Shown here: piece after piece, positions 25,089 to 32,000 of the stretch
Layout: every line of letters starts with the position of its first letter
How positions within the stretch are numbered: position 1 is the stretch's first letter
NCBI GenBank assembly: GCA_900234795.1
Contig: LT962688.1
Span: forward strand, 2,490,001 to 2,522,000
Direction: 5' to 3'
Source of the DNA: Methylorubrum extorquens
GTDB taxonomy: Bacteria > Pseudomonadota > Alphaproteobacteria > Rhizobiales > Beijerinckiaceae
DNA length: 32,000 nt
Notes under the pieces: model-generated
Databases searched by the model: none
Seen by the model: only the letters and a program-made list of their open reading frames with translations
Told to the model about the DNA's origin: nothing
Program-made: the position numbers and the translations under genes

Positions 25089-25755
25089 CGCCCTGCGGCT
25101 GATGGCGTGGCTCTCGCCGACCTATCCGGTCGGCGCCTTCGCCTATTCGCACGGGCTCGAATGGGCGGTGGAGTGCGGCGACGTCCGCGACGCCGCCACC
25201 CTCGGCGATTGGCTCGCCGACGTGCTGGAACGGGGCGCGGGGCGCAACGACATGATCCTCTGCGCCGCCGCGCATCGCGCCACCGAGGCCGGAGACGATG
25301 CGGGATTGGCCGAGATCAACGACCTCGCTTTGGCGCTCGCCCCCTCCCGCGAGCTTCATCTGGAGACGAGCCAGCAGGGGCGCAGCTTCCTGGATGCGAC
25401 GCTGCGGGCCTGGCCCTGCCCTGCCCTCGCGACGGTCGCCGACCGGCTGAACGCCGAGGTCGCCTATCCCGTCGCCGTCGGTGCGGCGGCGGGCGCGCAC
25501 GGCGTCGCGCGGGCGGCGACGGTGGCGGCCTACGGCCTCGCCTTCGTTCAGAACCTCGTCTCGGCCGCGCTGCGGGTGGCGCCGGTCGGCCAGAGCGCGG
25601 GCACGACGATTCTCGCCGCGCTGACCCCTCGCGTCGCCGGACTGGCCGAGGCGCTGCATGAGGCCGGACTCGACGCGCTCGGCAGCGCAACCCTGCGGCT
25701 CGATCTCGGCTCCTTTCGGCACGAGACGCAGTATTCCCGCATCTTCCGCTCCTGA
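25081..25755 (+). CDS. ureF: urease accessory protein UreF
   Basis: ATG 25081 overlaps the ureE stop (ATGATTGA). [25 protein letters not shown] is the conserved UreF N-terminal block. Confidence 0.9.
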   Translation: MIDALRLMAWLSPTYPVGAFAYSHGLEWAVECGDVRDAATLGDWLADVLERGAGRNDMILCAAAHRATEAGDDAGLAEINDLALALAPSRELHLETSQQGRSFLDATLRAWPCPALATVADRLNAEVAYPVAVGAAAGAHGVARAATVAAYGLAFVQNLVSAALRVAPVGQSAGTTILAALTPRVAGLAEALHEAGLDALGSATLRLDLGSFRHETQYSRIFRS

Positions 25756-25770
25756 GGATTTTTGGAAGTC

Positions 25771-26385
25771 ATGGCATCCGTGAACGGACCCCTGCGCGTC
25801 GGCATCGGCGGACCCGTCGGCTCCGGCAAAACCGCGCTGATGGAACAGCTCTGCCGCCGCTTCCGCGATTCCTACGAGATCTGCGCGATCACCAACGACA
25901 TCTACACCAAGGAGGATGCCCGCATCCTCACGGTGGCCGGCGCCCTGCCGGAGGAGCGCATCCTCGGCGTCGAGACCGGCGGCTGCCCGCATACGGCGAT
26001 CCGCGAGGATGCCTCGATCAACCTCGCAGCGGTGGCGGAGATGCGCCGCCGTTTCCCGAAGCTCGACCTCGTGCTGATCGAATCCGGCGGTGACAACCTC
26101 GCGGCAACCTTCTCGCCGGAACTGGCCGACCTCACCCTCTACGTCATCGACGTGGCGGGTGGGGAGAAGATCCCGCGGAAGGGCGGCCCCGGCATCACCC
26201 GCTCCGACCTGCTCATCGTCAACAAGACCGACCTCGCCCCCCTCGTCGGCGCCGACCTCTCGGTGATGGAGGCCGACACCCAGCGGATGCGCGGCACGCG
26301 GCCCTACGTGTTCGCCTCCCTGCGCGAAGGGCACGGGGCGGACACGGTCGCCCGCTTCATCGTCGAGGCCGGGGGGCTGGGCTGA
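25771..26385 (+). CDS. ureG: urease accessory GTPase UreG
   Basis: P-loop [27 protein letters not shown] and NKTDLAP. ATG at 25771 preferred over the TTG at 25762. Confidence 0.95.
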   Translation: MASVNGPLRVGIGGPVGSGKTALMEQLCRRFRDSYEICAITNDIYTKEDARILTVAGALPEERILGVETGGCPHTAIREDASINLAAVAEMRRRFPKLDLVLIESGGDNLAATFSPELADLTLYVIDVAGGEKIPRKGGPGITRSDLLIVNKTDLAPLVGADLSVMEADTQRMRGTRPYVFASLREGHGADTVARFIVEAGGLG

Positions 26386-26420
26386 GGGTGCTTCGCAAAA
26401 CCTGATCGACTCAGTGCATG

Positions 26421-26444
26421 CCCTCTCCCCGCGCAGGGAGAGGG
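26421..26444. repeat. REP-like GC-rich palindrome / bidirectional terminator between convergent ureG and crtB
   Basis: CCCTCTCCC (26421-26429), 6-nt loop, GGGAGAGGG (26436-26444). This CTCTCCCC...GGGGAGAG hairpin type recurs intergenically in many alphaproteobacterial genomes (from memory). Confidence 0.45.
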
Positions 26445-26461
26445 GAACCCGCTCGTTATCC

Positions 26462-27520
26462 TTACGACGCGGCCGAGCGGCGGAAGGCGTCGCGCTCCTC
26501 CAGCACCTCGATCAGGTCGAGCACCCGCACGACCTGCCCCGACACGTTCCACCACGGCGGCAGGCGGCGCGCTGCCGGGACCGGATGGTGCATCACGGCT
26601 TCCACGAGGAAGGCGGTCTCGGGCAATGGTGGCGCCGATAGCCCCCCGCCGCCCGCGGGCAGGATGGCGGTGGCCAGAAGCCCGGCCTTGCGCGCGCCGG
26701 TGACGCGCGCGCGGCGCGTGACCGAATCGAGGCCGTTCGCCTCCACGGCACGGCCGATCTCCGCGTAGATCAGGCCGGCGGCGCGGATCGCCGGGCGGCA
26801 GCTCAACGGGAGCGCGGCGATGCCGGGTTCGGCGCGGGCGTAGAGTTCGTCGGCCGCGGCCAGCAAATCGGCCACGACCCGCTGCAGGCTGGGGCGGAGC
26901 CGAGGCTCGGCAAGGAAAGCGTTCGCGTCGATGCCGGCCGCGTCGAGCCACTCGCGAGGCAGGTAGAGGCGCCCGGCGCGGGCATCTTCGCCGACATCGC
27001 GGGCGATGTTGGTGAATTGCATGGCGACGCCGAGATCGCAGGCGCGGGCGAGCGCGGGGCCGTCGCGCACCCCCATCACCAGCGTCATCATTGCCCCGAC
27101 CGTGCCCGCGACCCGGGCGGCATAGGCGGCCACCTCCGACAGAGTGTCGTAGCGCCGGCCCTGCGTGTCCCAGGCCAGCCCTTCGAGCAGCGCCCGCGGC
27201 AGCTTCTCGGGGATGGCGTGGCGGGCGAGCACCTCGGCGAGCGCCCGGTCGGCCGGGTGGTTGTCGGGCCGGCCGGCACAGGCCGCCGTCAGCCGTCGTT
27301 CCAGGCGGGCGAGGGCCGCAGCACGGTTGCCTCCCGCCTCGTCCACCGCGTCGTCGGAGACGCGGCAGAAGGCGTAGAGGCCGTAGGCCGAGACCCGAAC
27401 CGAGGGCGGCAACAGCAGCGAGGCCGCGAAGAAGCTCTTGGAGCCGGCGCGGATCGCGGCCCGGCAGGCAGAGCGGTCCGCCGCACTGGTGGCGAAAGGG
27501 TCAAGCGCAAACACGGGCAT
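26462..27520 (-). CDS. crtB: phytoene synthase CrtB
   Basis: YAFCRVSDDAVDE (first Asp-rich motif) and NIARDVGEDARAGRLYLP (second). Start at MPVFALDPF (27520) overlaps the crtI stop by 20 nt. Confidence 0.9.
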   Translation of the reverse strand: MPVFALDPFATSAADRSACRAAIRAGSKSFFAASLLLPPSVRVSAYGLYAFCRVSDDAVDEAGGNRAAALARLERRLTAACAGRPDNHPADRALAEVLARHAIPEKLPRALLEGLAWDTQGRRYDTLSEVAAYAARVAGTVGAMMTLVMGVRDGPALARACDLGVAMQFTNIARDVGEDARAGRLYLPREWLDAAGIDANAFLAEPRLRPSLQRVVADLLAAADELYARAEPGIAALPLSCRPAIRAAGLIYAEIGRAVEANGLDSVTRRARVTGARKAGLLATAILPAGGGGLSAPPLPETAFLVEAVMHHPVPAARRLPPWWNVSGQVVRVLDLIEVLEERDAFRRSAAS

Positions 27521-29027
27521 CCGGCACCACGGAATCGAGGACACGCGCCGAGGACAGCACACCCGGCAGACCGGCGCCGGGATGCGTCCCCGCGCCGACG
27601 AGGAAGAGGTTGGCCACGTCTTCCGAGCGGTTGTGCGGACGGAACCACGCCGATTGCGTCAGCACCGGCTCCAGCCCGAACCCGGAGCCGCGGAAGCTCA
27701 AGAAGTCGTCGGAAAAGTCCTGCGGCGTCGTCACCCGCGAGGTGACGAGGGCGTCCGACAGCCCCGGCAGCACCGAGCTTTCGAGGAAGCGTGCGATCCG
27801 CTGGCGGTAGGGCTCGGCAAGCTGAGCCCAATCCTGGCCGCCGTCGAGGTTCGGCACCGGGGCGAGCACGTAGAACGCGTCGTGCCCCGGCGGCGCGAGC
27901 AGCGGGTCGGTCGCGGTCGGGCGGTGGAGATAGAGGCTGAAATCGTCCGCCAAGTGCTTGCGGTCGAAGATGTCCTGCAACAGGCCGCGATAGCGTGGGC
28001 CCATCAGGATCATGTGGTGATCGACCTCCGGGTACTTCTTCCGGGTGCCGAAATACCAGACGAACAGCCCCATGGAGGACGAGGCGCGCGCCAGACGCCG
28101 CGGGCTCCAGCGCCGGGTTCGGCCGCCGAGCAGCGTACCGTAGGTGAAGGCGGAATCGGCGTTCGAGACAACGATGTCGGCGGGGATGACCTCGCCCCCC
28201 GCCAGCACCACACCGGTCGCCCGCGCGTCCTCGACGCGGATGCGCGCAACCTCCTCGCCGCAGCGGACTCGGCCGCCCTGCCCCCGGATCAGCCCGCAGA
28301 GTCCGTCCACCAGCCGCCCGGTGCCGCCCATGGCGAAATGGACGCCCCATTGCCGCTCCAGATGGGCGATCAGGCAGTAGATGCCGCTGGCGCGAAACGG
28401 GTTGCCGCCGATGAGCAGGGGATGGAAGCTGAAGATGGTGCGCAGCCGCTCGTCGCGGATGAAGCGGGACACCACGTCGTAGACGCTGCGGTGGCCCGAC
28501 AAGCGCAGCAGATCGGGCGCGATGCGCAGCATCGAGCCGAGGCTGCCGAACGGGACGTGGCCGAGTTCCTCGAAGCCCATCCGGCACACGGCCTCGCTAT
28601 GGGCCATGAAGCGCTCGTAACCGGACACGTCATTGGGCGAGAAGCGGGCGACCTCGGCCCGCATCGCCGCGCGGTCGCCGCTATAGGCGAAGCTCTGTCC
28701 GTCCTCGAAGCGGATGCAGTAGAACGGCTGCATCGGCACGAGGGTCACGTCCTCGCGCATGTCCCGCCCGCACAGCCGCCACAGCTCCTCGAACAGGAAC
28801 GGCGCGGTGACGATGGTGGGCCCCGCATCGAAGGTGAAGCCGTCCTGACGGTGGACGCGGGCGCGGCCGCCCGGCTGGTCGAGCCGTTCCAGAACGGTGA
28901 CGCGATAGCCGCGGGCGCCGAGCCGAACCGCCGCGGCCAGCCCGCCGAAGCCGGCCCCGATCACGACCGCATGCGGCCGGGCATCGGGGTCGGACGTGAC
29001 AGTCGGTTTGACGGCCAGTGTCAACAT
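27501..29027 (-). CDS. crtI: phytoene desaturase CrtI
   Basis: 508 aa. FAD fold AVVIGAGFGGLAAAVRLGARGYRVTVLE and C-terminal carotenoid-desaturase signature NLFLVGAGTHPGAGLPGV. Confidence 0.95.
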   Translation of the reverse strand: MLTLAVKPTVTSDPDARPHAVVIGAGFGGLAAAVRLGARGYRVTVLERLDQPGGRARVHRQDGFTFDAGPTIVTAPFLFEELWRLCGRDMREDVTLVPMQPFYCIRFEDGQSFAYSGDRAAMRAEVARFSPNDVSGYERFMAHSEAVCRMGFEELGHVPFGSLGSMLRIAPDLLRLSGHRSVYDVVSRFIRDERLRTIFSFHPLLIGGNPFRASGIYCLIAHLERQWGVHFAMGGTGRLVDGLCGLIRGQGGRVRCGEEVARIRVEDARATGVVLAGGEVIPADIVVSNADSAFTYGTLLGGRTRRWSPRRLARASSSMGLFVWYFGTRKKYPEVDHHMILMGPRYRGLLQDIFDRKHLADDFSLYLHRPTATDPLLAPPGHDAFYVLAPVPNLDGGQDWAQLAEPYRQRIARFLESSVLPGLSDALVTSRVTTPQDFSDDFLSFRGSGFGLEPVLTQSAWFRPHNRSEDVANLFLVGAGTHPGAGLPGVLSSARVLDSVVPDARVCA

Positions 29028-29036
29028 AGGTTGACA
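29019..29036. promoter_or_regulatory. TGT-N12-ACA palindrome (candidate PpsR/CrtJ operator) at the crtI 5' end
   Basis: TGTCAAC-ATAG-GTTGACA is a perfect 7-bp inverted repeat fitting the PpsR/CrtJ consensus TGT-N12-ACA. It spans the predicted crtI ATG (29025-29027) and contains TTGACA hexamers in both orientations. Confidence 0.45.
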
Positions 29037-29071
29037 CTATGGCTGGGATTTTCGTCAGCGCAAGAGGCGTC

Positions 29072-29967
29072 TCAGGTTGCCGAGGCGCGAAGGGCGTCCG
29101 CTTCCGCCAGAATGATCTTCGCCACCCGCTCCGGCGCCTCCTCGTGGGCGAGGTGGCCGAGACCGCGCAGCAACTCGACGCGCGCGCTCCGCAGCCGCTC
29201 GCGCAAGGCGAACGAATCGTCCGGCTTGATCGCCTTGTCGTCCCCGCCGACGACCAGCAGCGTGCGGGTTTCGAGCCGCGGCAGGTCGCGGGCGAGCGCC
29301 GGGAGATCCCAATTCGCCATCATGCCGAGGGCGCCCGCGACATGGCCGGGGCGGGTGAACAGCCGCCGGTAGAGGTCGAGCCCCTGTGGGTCGAGACGCG
29401 AGCCGGTGCCGTCGATGAGGCGACGCACCGCTGCCCGGTCGGCGCTCCAGGCAAAGACCTTCGGCGTCACGGGGTTCAGGAACAGCATCCGGGCGATGCC
29501 GGGGAAGAGGAAGCTGACAACGCCCGGAAACGGGGTCAGCGCGCCGTTGAGCGCCACCAGCAGGTCGGGATCGATGCGCCGGTCGACGCACATCCGCGCG
29601 AGTACCGCCGCACCGGCCGAATGGCCGATCGCGAGCCGCGGGTTCAGGCCGAGAGCGGTGACGAGGTCGCCCACCGCCTCGGCCATCCCTGGCAGGGAGA
29701 GCCGGCGAGGGGGCAGCGGATCGGTGAAGCCGTGGCCCGGCAGATCGGGCGCGACGACCCTGAACCGTTCGGCGAGAAGCGGTGCCAGCCCGCGCCAGGA
29801 ATGGGTCGCGGCGCCGGTGCCGTGCAGGAGCAGCAGGCCGGGCGCATCCGGCTCGCCGAATTCCTGGACGTGCCAGCGCAGGCCTGCCGCCTCCACGAAG
29901 TGGCTCGCTGCCCGGTGCGGCCAATCGCGGCCATCAAGCTCCCAATCCGGCCGGTCGTCTTTAGAGG
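29072..29967 (-). CDS. bchO: alpha/beta hydrolase, BchO-like (magnesium chelatase-associated)
   Basis: LLLLHGTGAATHSWRGL and nucleophile elbow AIGHSAGAAV. Its position between bchD and crtI matches Rhodobacter bchI-bchD-bchO-crtI-crtB. There is no ATG; GTG at 29967 (or TTG at 29961) lies just after the bchD stop. The upstream part of ORF 29072..30628 is an artefact overlapping bchD. Confidence 0.8.
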
Positions 29968-29985
29968 GCAAGGGCACAGGGGGCC

Positions 29986-31734
29986 TCAGGCTGTGGCGGC
30001 GCGCACCGCCGCGCTGACGCTGCCCGCATCGGCATGGGGCAGTGGACAGTAACGCCCCTGCGCCGCCTCGGCGAGGCCGCGCGCCCCGTCGGGCCGGGCG
30101 CCGGTGTCGATCACGAGGATGGGCAGCGCCTGCACCCGCAGCACGCGGGCGGCGGCCAAAGCCTCCTCGCCGGCCAGCGCCCGGCCGCCGAGGCCGGAGC
30201 GGGCGACGTTGGCGCGCCCGTCGGTGAGCAGGACAATGACGGGGCTTCCGCCCGCGCGACGGATGCCGAGGGCCAGGGCGGCGGCGGTGTCGAGCCCGGC
30301 GGCGAGTGGCGTGCCGCCTCCGCCGGGGAGGCCCGCGAGCACGCGCTTGGCTCTGACCAGGGAGCGCGTCGGCGGCAGCACCGTCTCGGCCCGCGCGCCG
30401 CGGAAGGCGACGAGGGCGATGCGGTCGCGCCGGACGTAAGCCTCGGCGAGAAGCAGTTCGACGGCGCCCTTCGCCTCCGCCAGCCGTTCGAGCGCCGCCG
30501 AGCCGGAGGCATCGACGCAGAAGATCGTCGTCGTCTCGCTGCGCCGCTTCAACCGGCGAATCCGGAAATCCTCCGGGGTGACGCAGACACGGCGCGGATC
30601 GGCTTCGCCCCGGCGCAGGCGCTGCCACGGGGCAGCGGCGCGCAGGGTCGCGATCAGGTCGAGCCGGCCCCGGCGCGGATCGCCGGGACGGCTGCCGACC
30701 GGGCGGCCCGCGAGCGGCGAGGCGGAGGCCACCCCCATCCGTCCGGCCGCGCCGGCGCGCAGCGGCGGGCCGCCGGCCAGGAACCGGGCGAGCAAGTCCT
30801 TCGGGAGGGCGGCACGGACCGCGTCGAGCACCGTCTCGTCGGCTTCTCTCGGCGTGGCATCCGCCCGCTCGGCTGCGTCCTCGGGGGGGCGATCGGCGTC
30901 CTGTGGGGGCTGCGGCTCCGGCGGCGGCGGGTCCGCCGGTTCCGGCTCGGCCGGTTGCGGCGGCGCGGGAAGACGCGTCGCCCGCGGCGCCAGGACGAGG
31001 TGGGCGGCTTCGATCAGGTCGGCCTCGTTCGGTTCGTCGCGCCCGGCCTCCCCTGCGATGAGCCGTCCAATCCGCAGGGCGAGAAGCGGCGCCCGCAGCG
31101 AGGCGATGCCGAAGGCCTCAGCGACGGCGCAGAGGGTGGCGGTCGCGTCGGGCGCGGGTGGGCCTGCCGCTGCGTCCGCTCCGCGAGCGGTATGCGAAGG
31201 GGCGGCTCTCACGTCCCGCAGGCTCACGCCGGACAGGTCGAGGCGGAGTGCCAATCGGTCGGCCAGCGCCTCCGCGACAGTCTCGTCCTCCTGCCCCTCG
31301 TCGAGCAGCACGAGGCCGAAGCGGGCCGGGAGCCGTGCGGCGAGGCCATCACGTTCCAGCACCAGCATGCCGGTGTCGAGGGCGCCCGCGAGCCGGGCCA
31401 CGGTGCCGCGCTCCAGGCGTTCAGCCATCGGCACCACGACGACACCGCCATCGGCCTCCGCCAGCAGGCCGCGCTGGATCACCGGACGGCCGGCCCGCAG
31501 GGTGGCGGGCAAATCGAGCCCACCGATCAGACGGTCGTCGGCGATGCCCGGCGGCATCCGCCGCACCGGGCCCGTCAGCCTGTCGCGGAGATGATCGAGC
31601 CAGAGATCGCGCACCGGACCGGCCCCGGCGCGCAGCACGATCCCGCCGAGACCGTGCGGGTCGGCGGCGAATAGGTTGGCGGCACGCAGCGCATCGTTCC
31701 AGACCCCAGCCGGATCGTCGGGCTCCGGGGCCAT
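29986..31734 (-). CDS. bchD: magnesium chelatase subunit D (BchD)
   Basis: 583 aa from the internal ATG at 31734. Degenerate AAA-like N-domain (GGIVLRAGAGPVRD), acidic Pro-rich linker (PAPPQPAEPEPADPPPPEPQPP), and C-terminal VWA domain with MIDAS IFCVDASGS and LLTDGRAN. Confidence 0.9.
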   Translation of the reverse strand: MAPEPDDPAGVWNDALRAANLFAADPHGLGGIVLRAGAGPVRDLWLDHLRDRLTGPVRRMPPGIADDRLIGGLDLPATLRAGRPVIQRGLLAEADGGVVVVPMAERLERGTVARLAGALDTGMLVLERDGLAARLPARFGLVLLDEGQEDETVAEALADRLALRLDLSGVSLRDVRAAPSHTARGADAAAGPPAPDATATLCAVAEAFGIASLRAPLLALRIGRLIAGEAGRDEPNEADLIEAAHLVLAPRATRLPAPPQPAEPEPADPPPPEPQPPQDADRPPEDAAERADATPREADETVLDAVRAALPKDLLARFLAGGPPLRAGAAGRMGVASASPLAGRPVGSRPGDPRRGRLDLIATLRAAAPWQRLRRGEADPRRVCVTPEDFRIRRLKRRSETTTIFCVDASGSAALERLAEAKGAVELLLAEAYVRRDRIALVAFRGARAETVLPPTRSLVRAKRVLAGLPGGGGTPLAAGLDTAAALALGIRRAGGSPVIVLLTDGRANVARSGLGGRALAGEEALAAARVLRVQALPILVIDTGARPDGARGLAEAAQGRYCPLPHADAGSVSAAVRAATA

Positions 31735-31739
31735 CACGG

Positions 31740-32000
31740 TTAGCGCTTGAACATCGGGTGCTCGACCCGGTCGCCCGCGCGGATGCCGAGCTTGGCGGCG
31801 GTGCCGGCGTTGAGTTCGAGCACCGCGAGAACCGGCTCGCCCGACGGGATCACCTTGGTCGAGAGCGGCTCGGTATCCGGCGCGATCCGGGCGATCGAGC
31901 CGTCGGAGCGGATGAACACCATGTCGAGCGAGAGATAGGTGTTCTTCATCCACATCGTGGCCGGCGCCGGCCGCTCGAAGTCGAACAGCATGCCGTGGTC
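31740..32000 (-). CDS. DUF192 domain protein (3' part; the gene may continue beyond the window edge)
   Basis: MWMKNTYLSLDMVFIRSDGSI...PVLAVLELNAGTAAKLGIRAGDRVEHP matches the DUF192 pattern (M..t..pLD..F.d..g.i...........vLEl.aG......i..GD.v). Its stop lies 5 nt before the bchD ATG. Confidence 0.75.
   Translation of the reverse strand, partial: DHGMLFDFERPAPATMWMKNTYLSLDMVFIRSDGSIARIAPDTEPLSTKVIPSGEPVLAVLELNAGTAAKLGIRAGDRVEHPMFKR

Noticed and set aside
27438-29372. 644-aa plus-strand ORF opposite crtI, and similar long ORFs 27289..28587, 30034..31674 and 30578..31594
   Set aside because: They are antisense or out of frame to crtI, crtB and bchD, which have diagnostic motifs. These are high-GC artefacts.
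29968-30628. Upstream 220 codons of ORF 29072..30628 as an N-terminal extension of BchO
   Set aside because: This part overlaps the bchD coding region in another frame and is Arg/Pro/Gly-rich. Homology to alpha/beta hydrolases begins only after the bchD stop, so a GTG/TTG start near 29961-29967 is preferred.
1-32000. tRNA, rRNA, tmRNA, transposase/integrase genes or IS inverted repeats, especially flanking the RNA ligase
   Set aside because: I recognised no cloverleaf-type sequences, no rRNA signatures and no transposase or integrase-like translations in any frame. This is a by-eye negative and should be confirmed with tRNAscan-SE, Infernal and ISfinder-type searches.

Overview
Very GC-rich chromosomal segment. 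Gene content and order suggest an alphaproteobacterium, probably a Rhizobiales/Methylobacterium-like facultative phototroph or methylotroph (inference only). About 40 genes are supportable. Most long ORFs in the six-frame track are stop-free antisense artefacts of the high GC content.

Blocks, in order:
1. 76-3281: Caulobacter-type flagellar unit. flgI, a rod-binding flgJ/cheL-like gene and a flbY/FlgN-like gene lie on the minus strand, with fliX divergent. The shared control region has candidate sigma54 and CtrA sites.
2. 3326-6404: small secreted Gly/Pro/Tyr/Arg-rich protein, then an MBOAT O-acyltransferase with an SGNH-like partner. A 4x direct-repeat array precedes the MBOAT gene.
3. 6658-10313: dksA, a porin N-terminal fragment, slyX, a tandem-PilZ protein and ilvA.
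4. 10384-12261: several small, mostly unrecognisable genes, including a secreted peptide / 28-aa TM peptide / VanZ trio.
5. 12317-14879: ugd plus a UDP-glucuronate 4-epimerase-like gene.
6. 15435-19642: GcrA C-terminal-domain-only protein, secreted basic protein, 8-oxoguanine-deaminase-type amidohydrolase, small ORFs and a flavin reductase.
7. 19885-26385: urease cluster ureD, fused ureAB, ureC, ureE, ureF, ureG. It is split between ureAB and ureC by an opposite-strand, full-length phage-T4-Rnl1-type RNA ligase (21512-22645).
8. 26462-32000: photosynthesis-cluster fragment on the minus strand (DUF192 gene, bchD, bchO, crtI, crtB). A TGT-N12-ACA (PpsR/CrtJ-type) palindrome lies at the crtI start.

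I recognised no rRNA, tRNA, CRISPR array, transposase or integrase. The most unusual item is the orphan Rnl1-like RNA ligase inside the urease operon. Other leads are the domain-only GcrA paralog, the repeat array upstream of the MBOAT gene, the PpsR-type palindrome, and bchD lacking an adjacent bchI.
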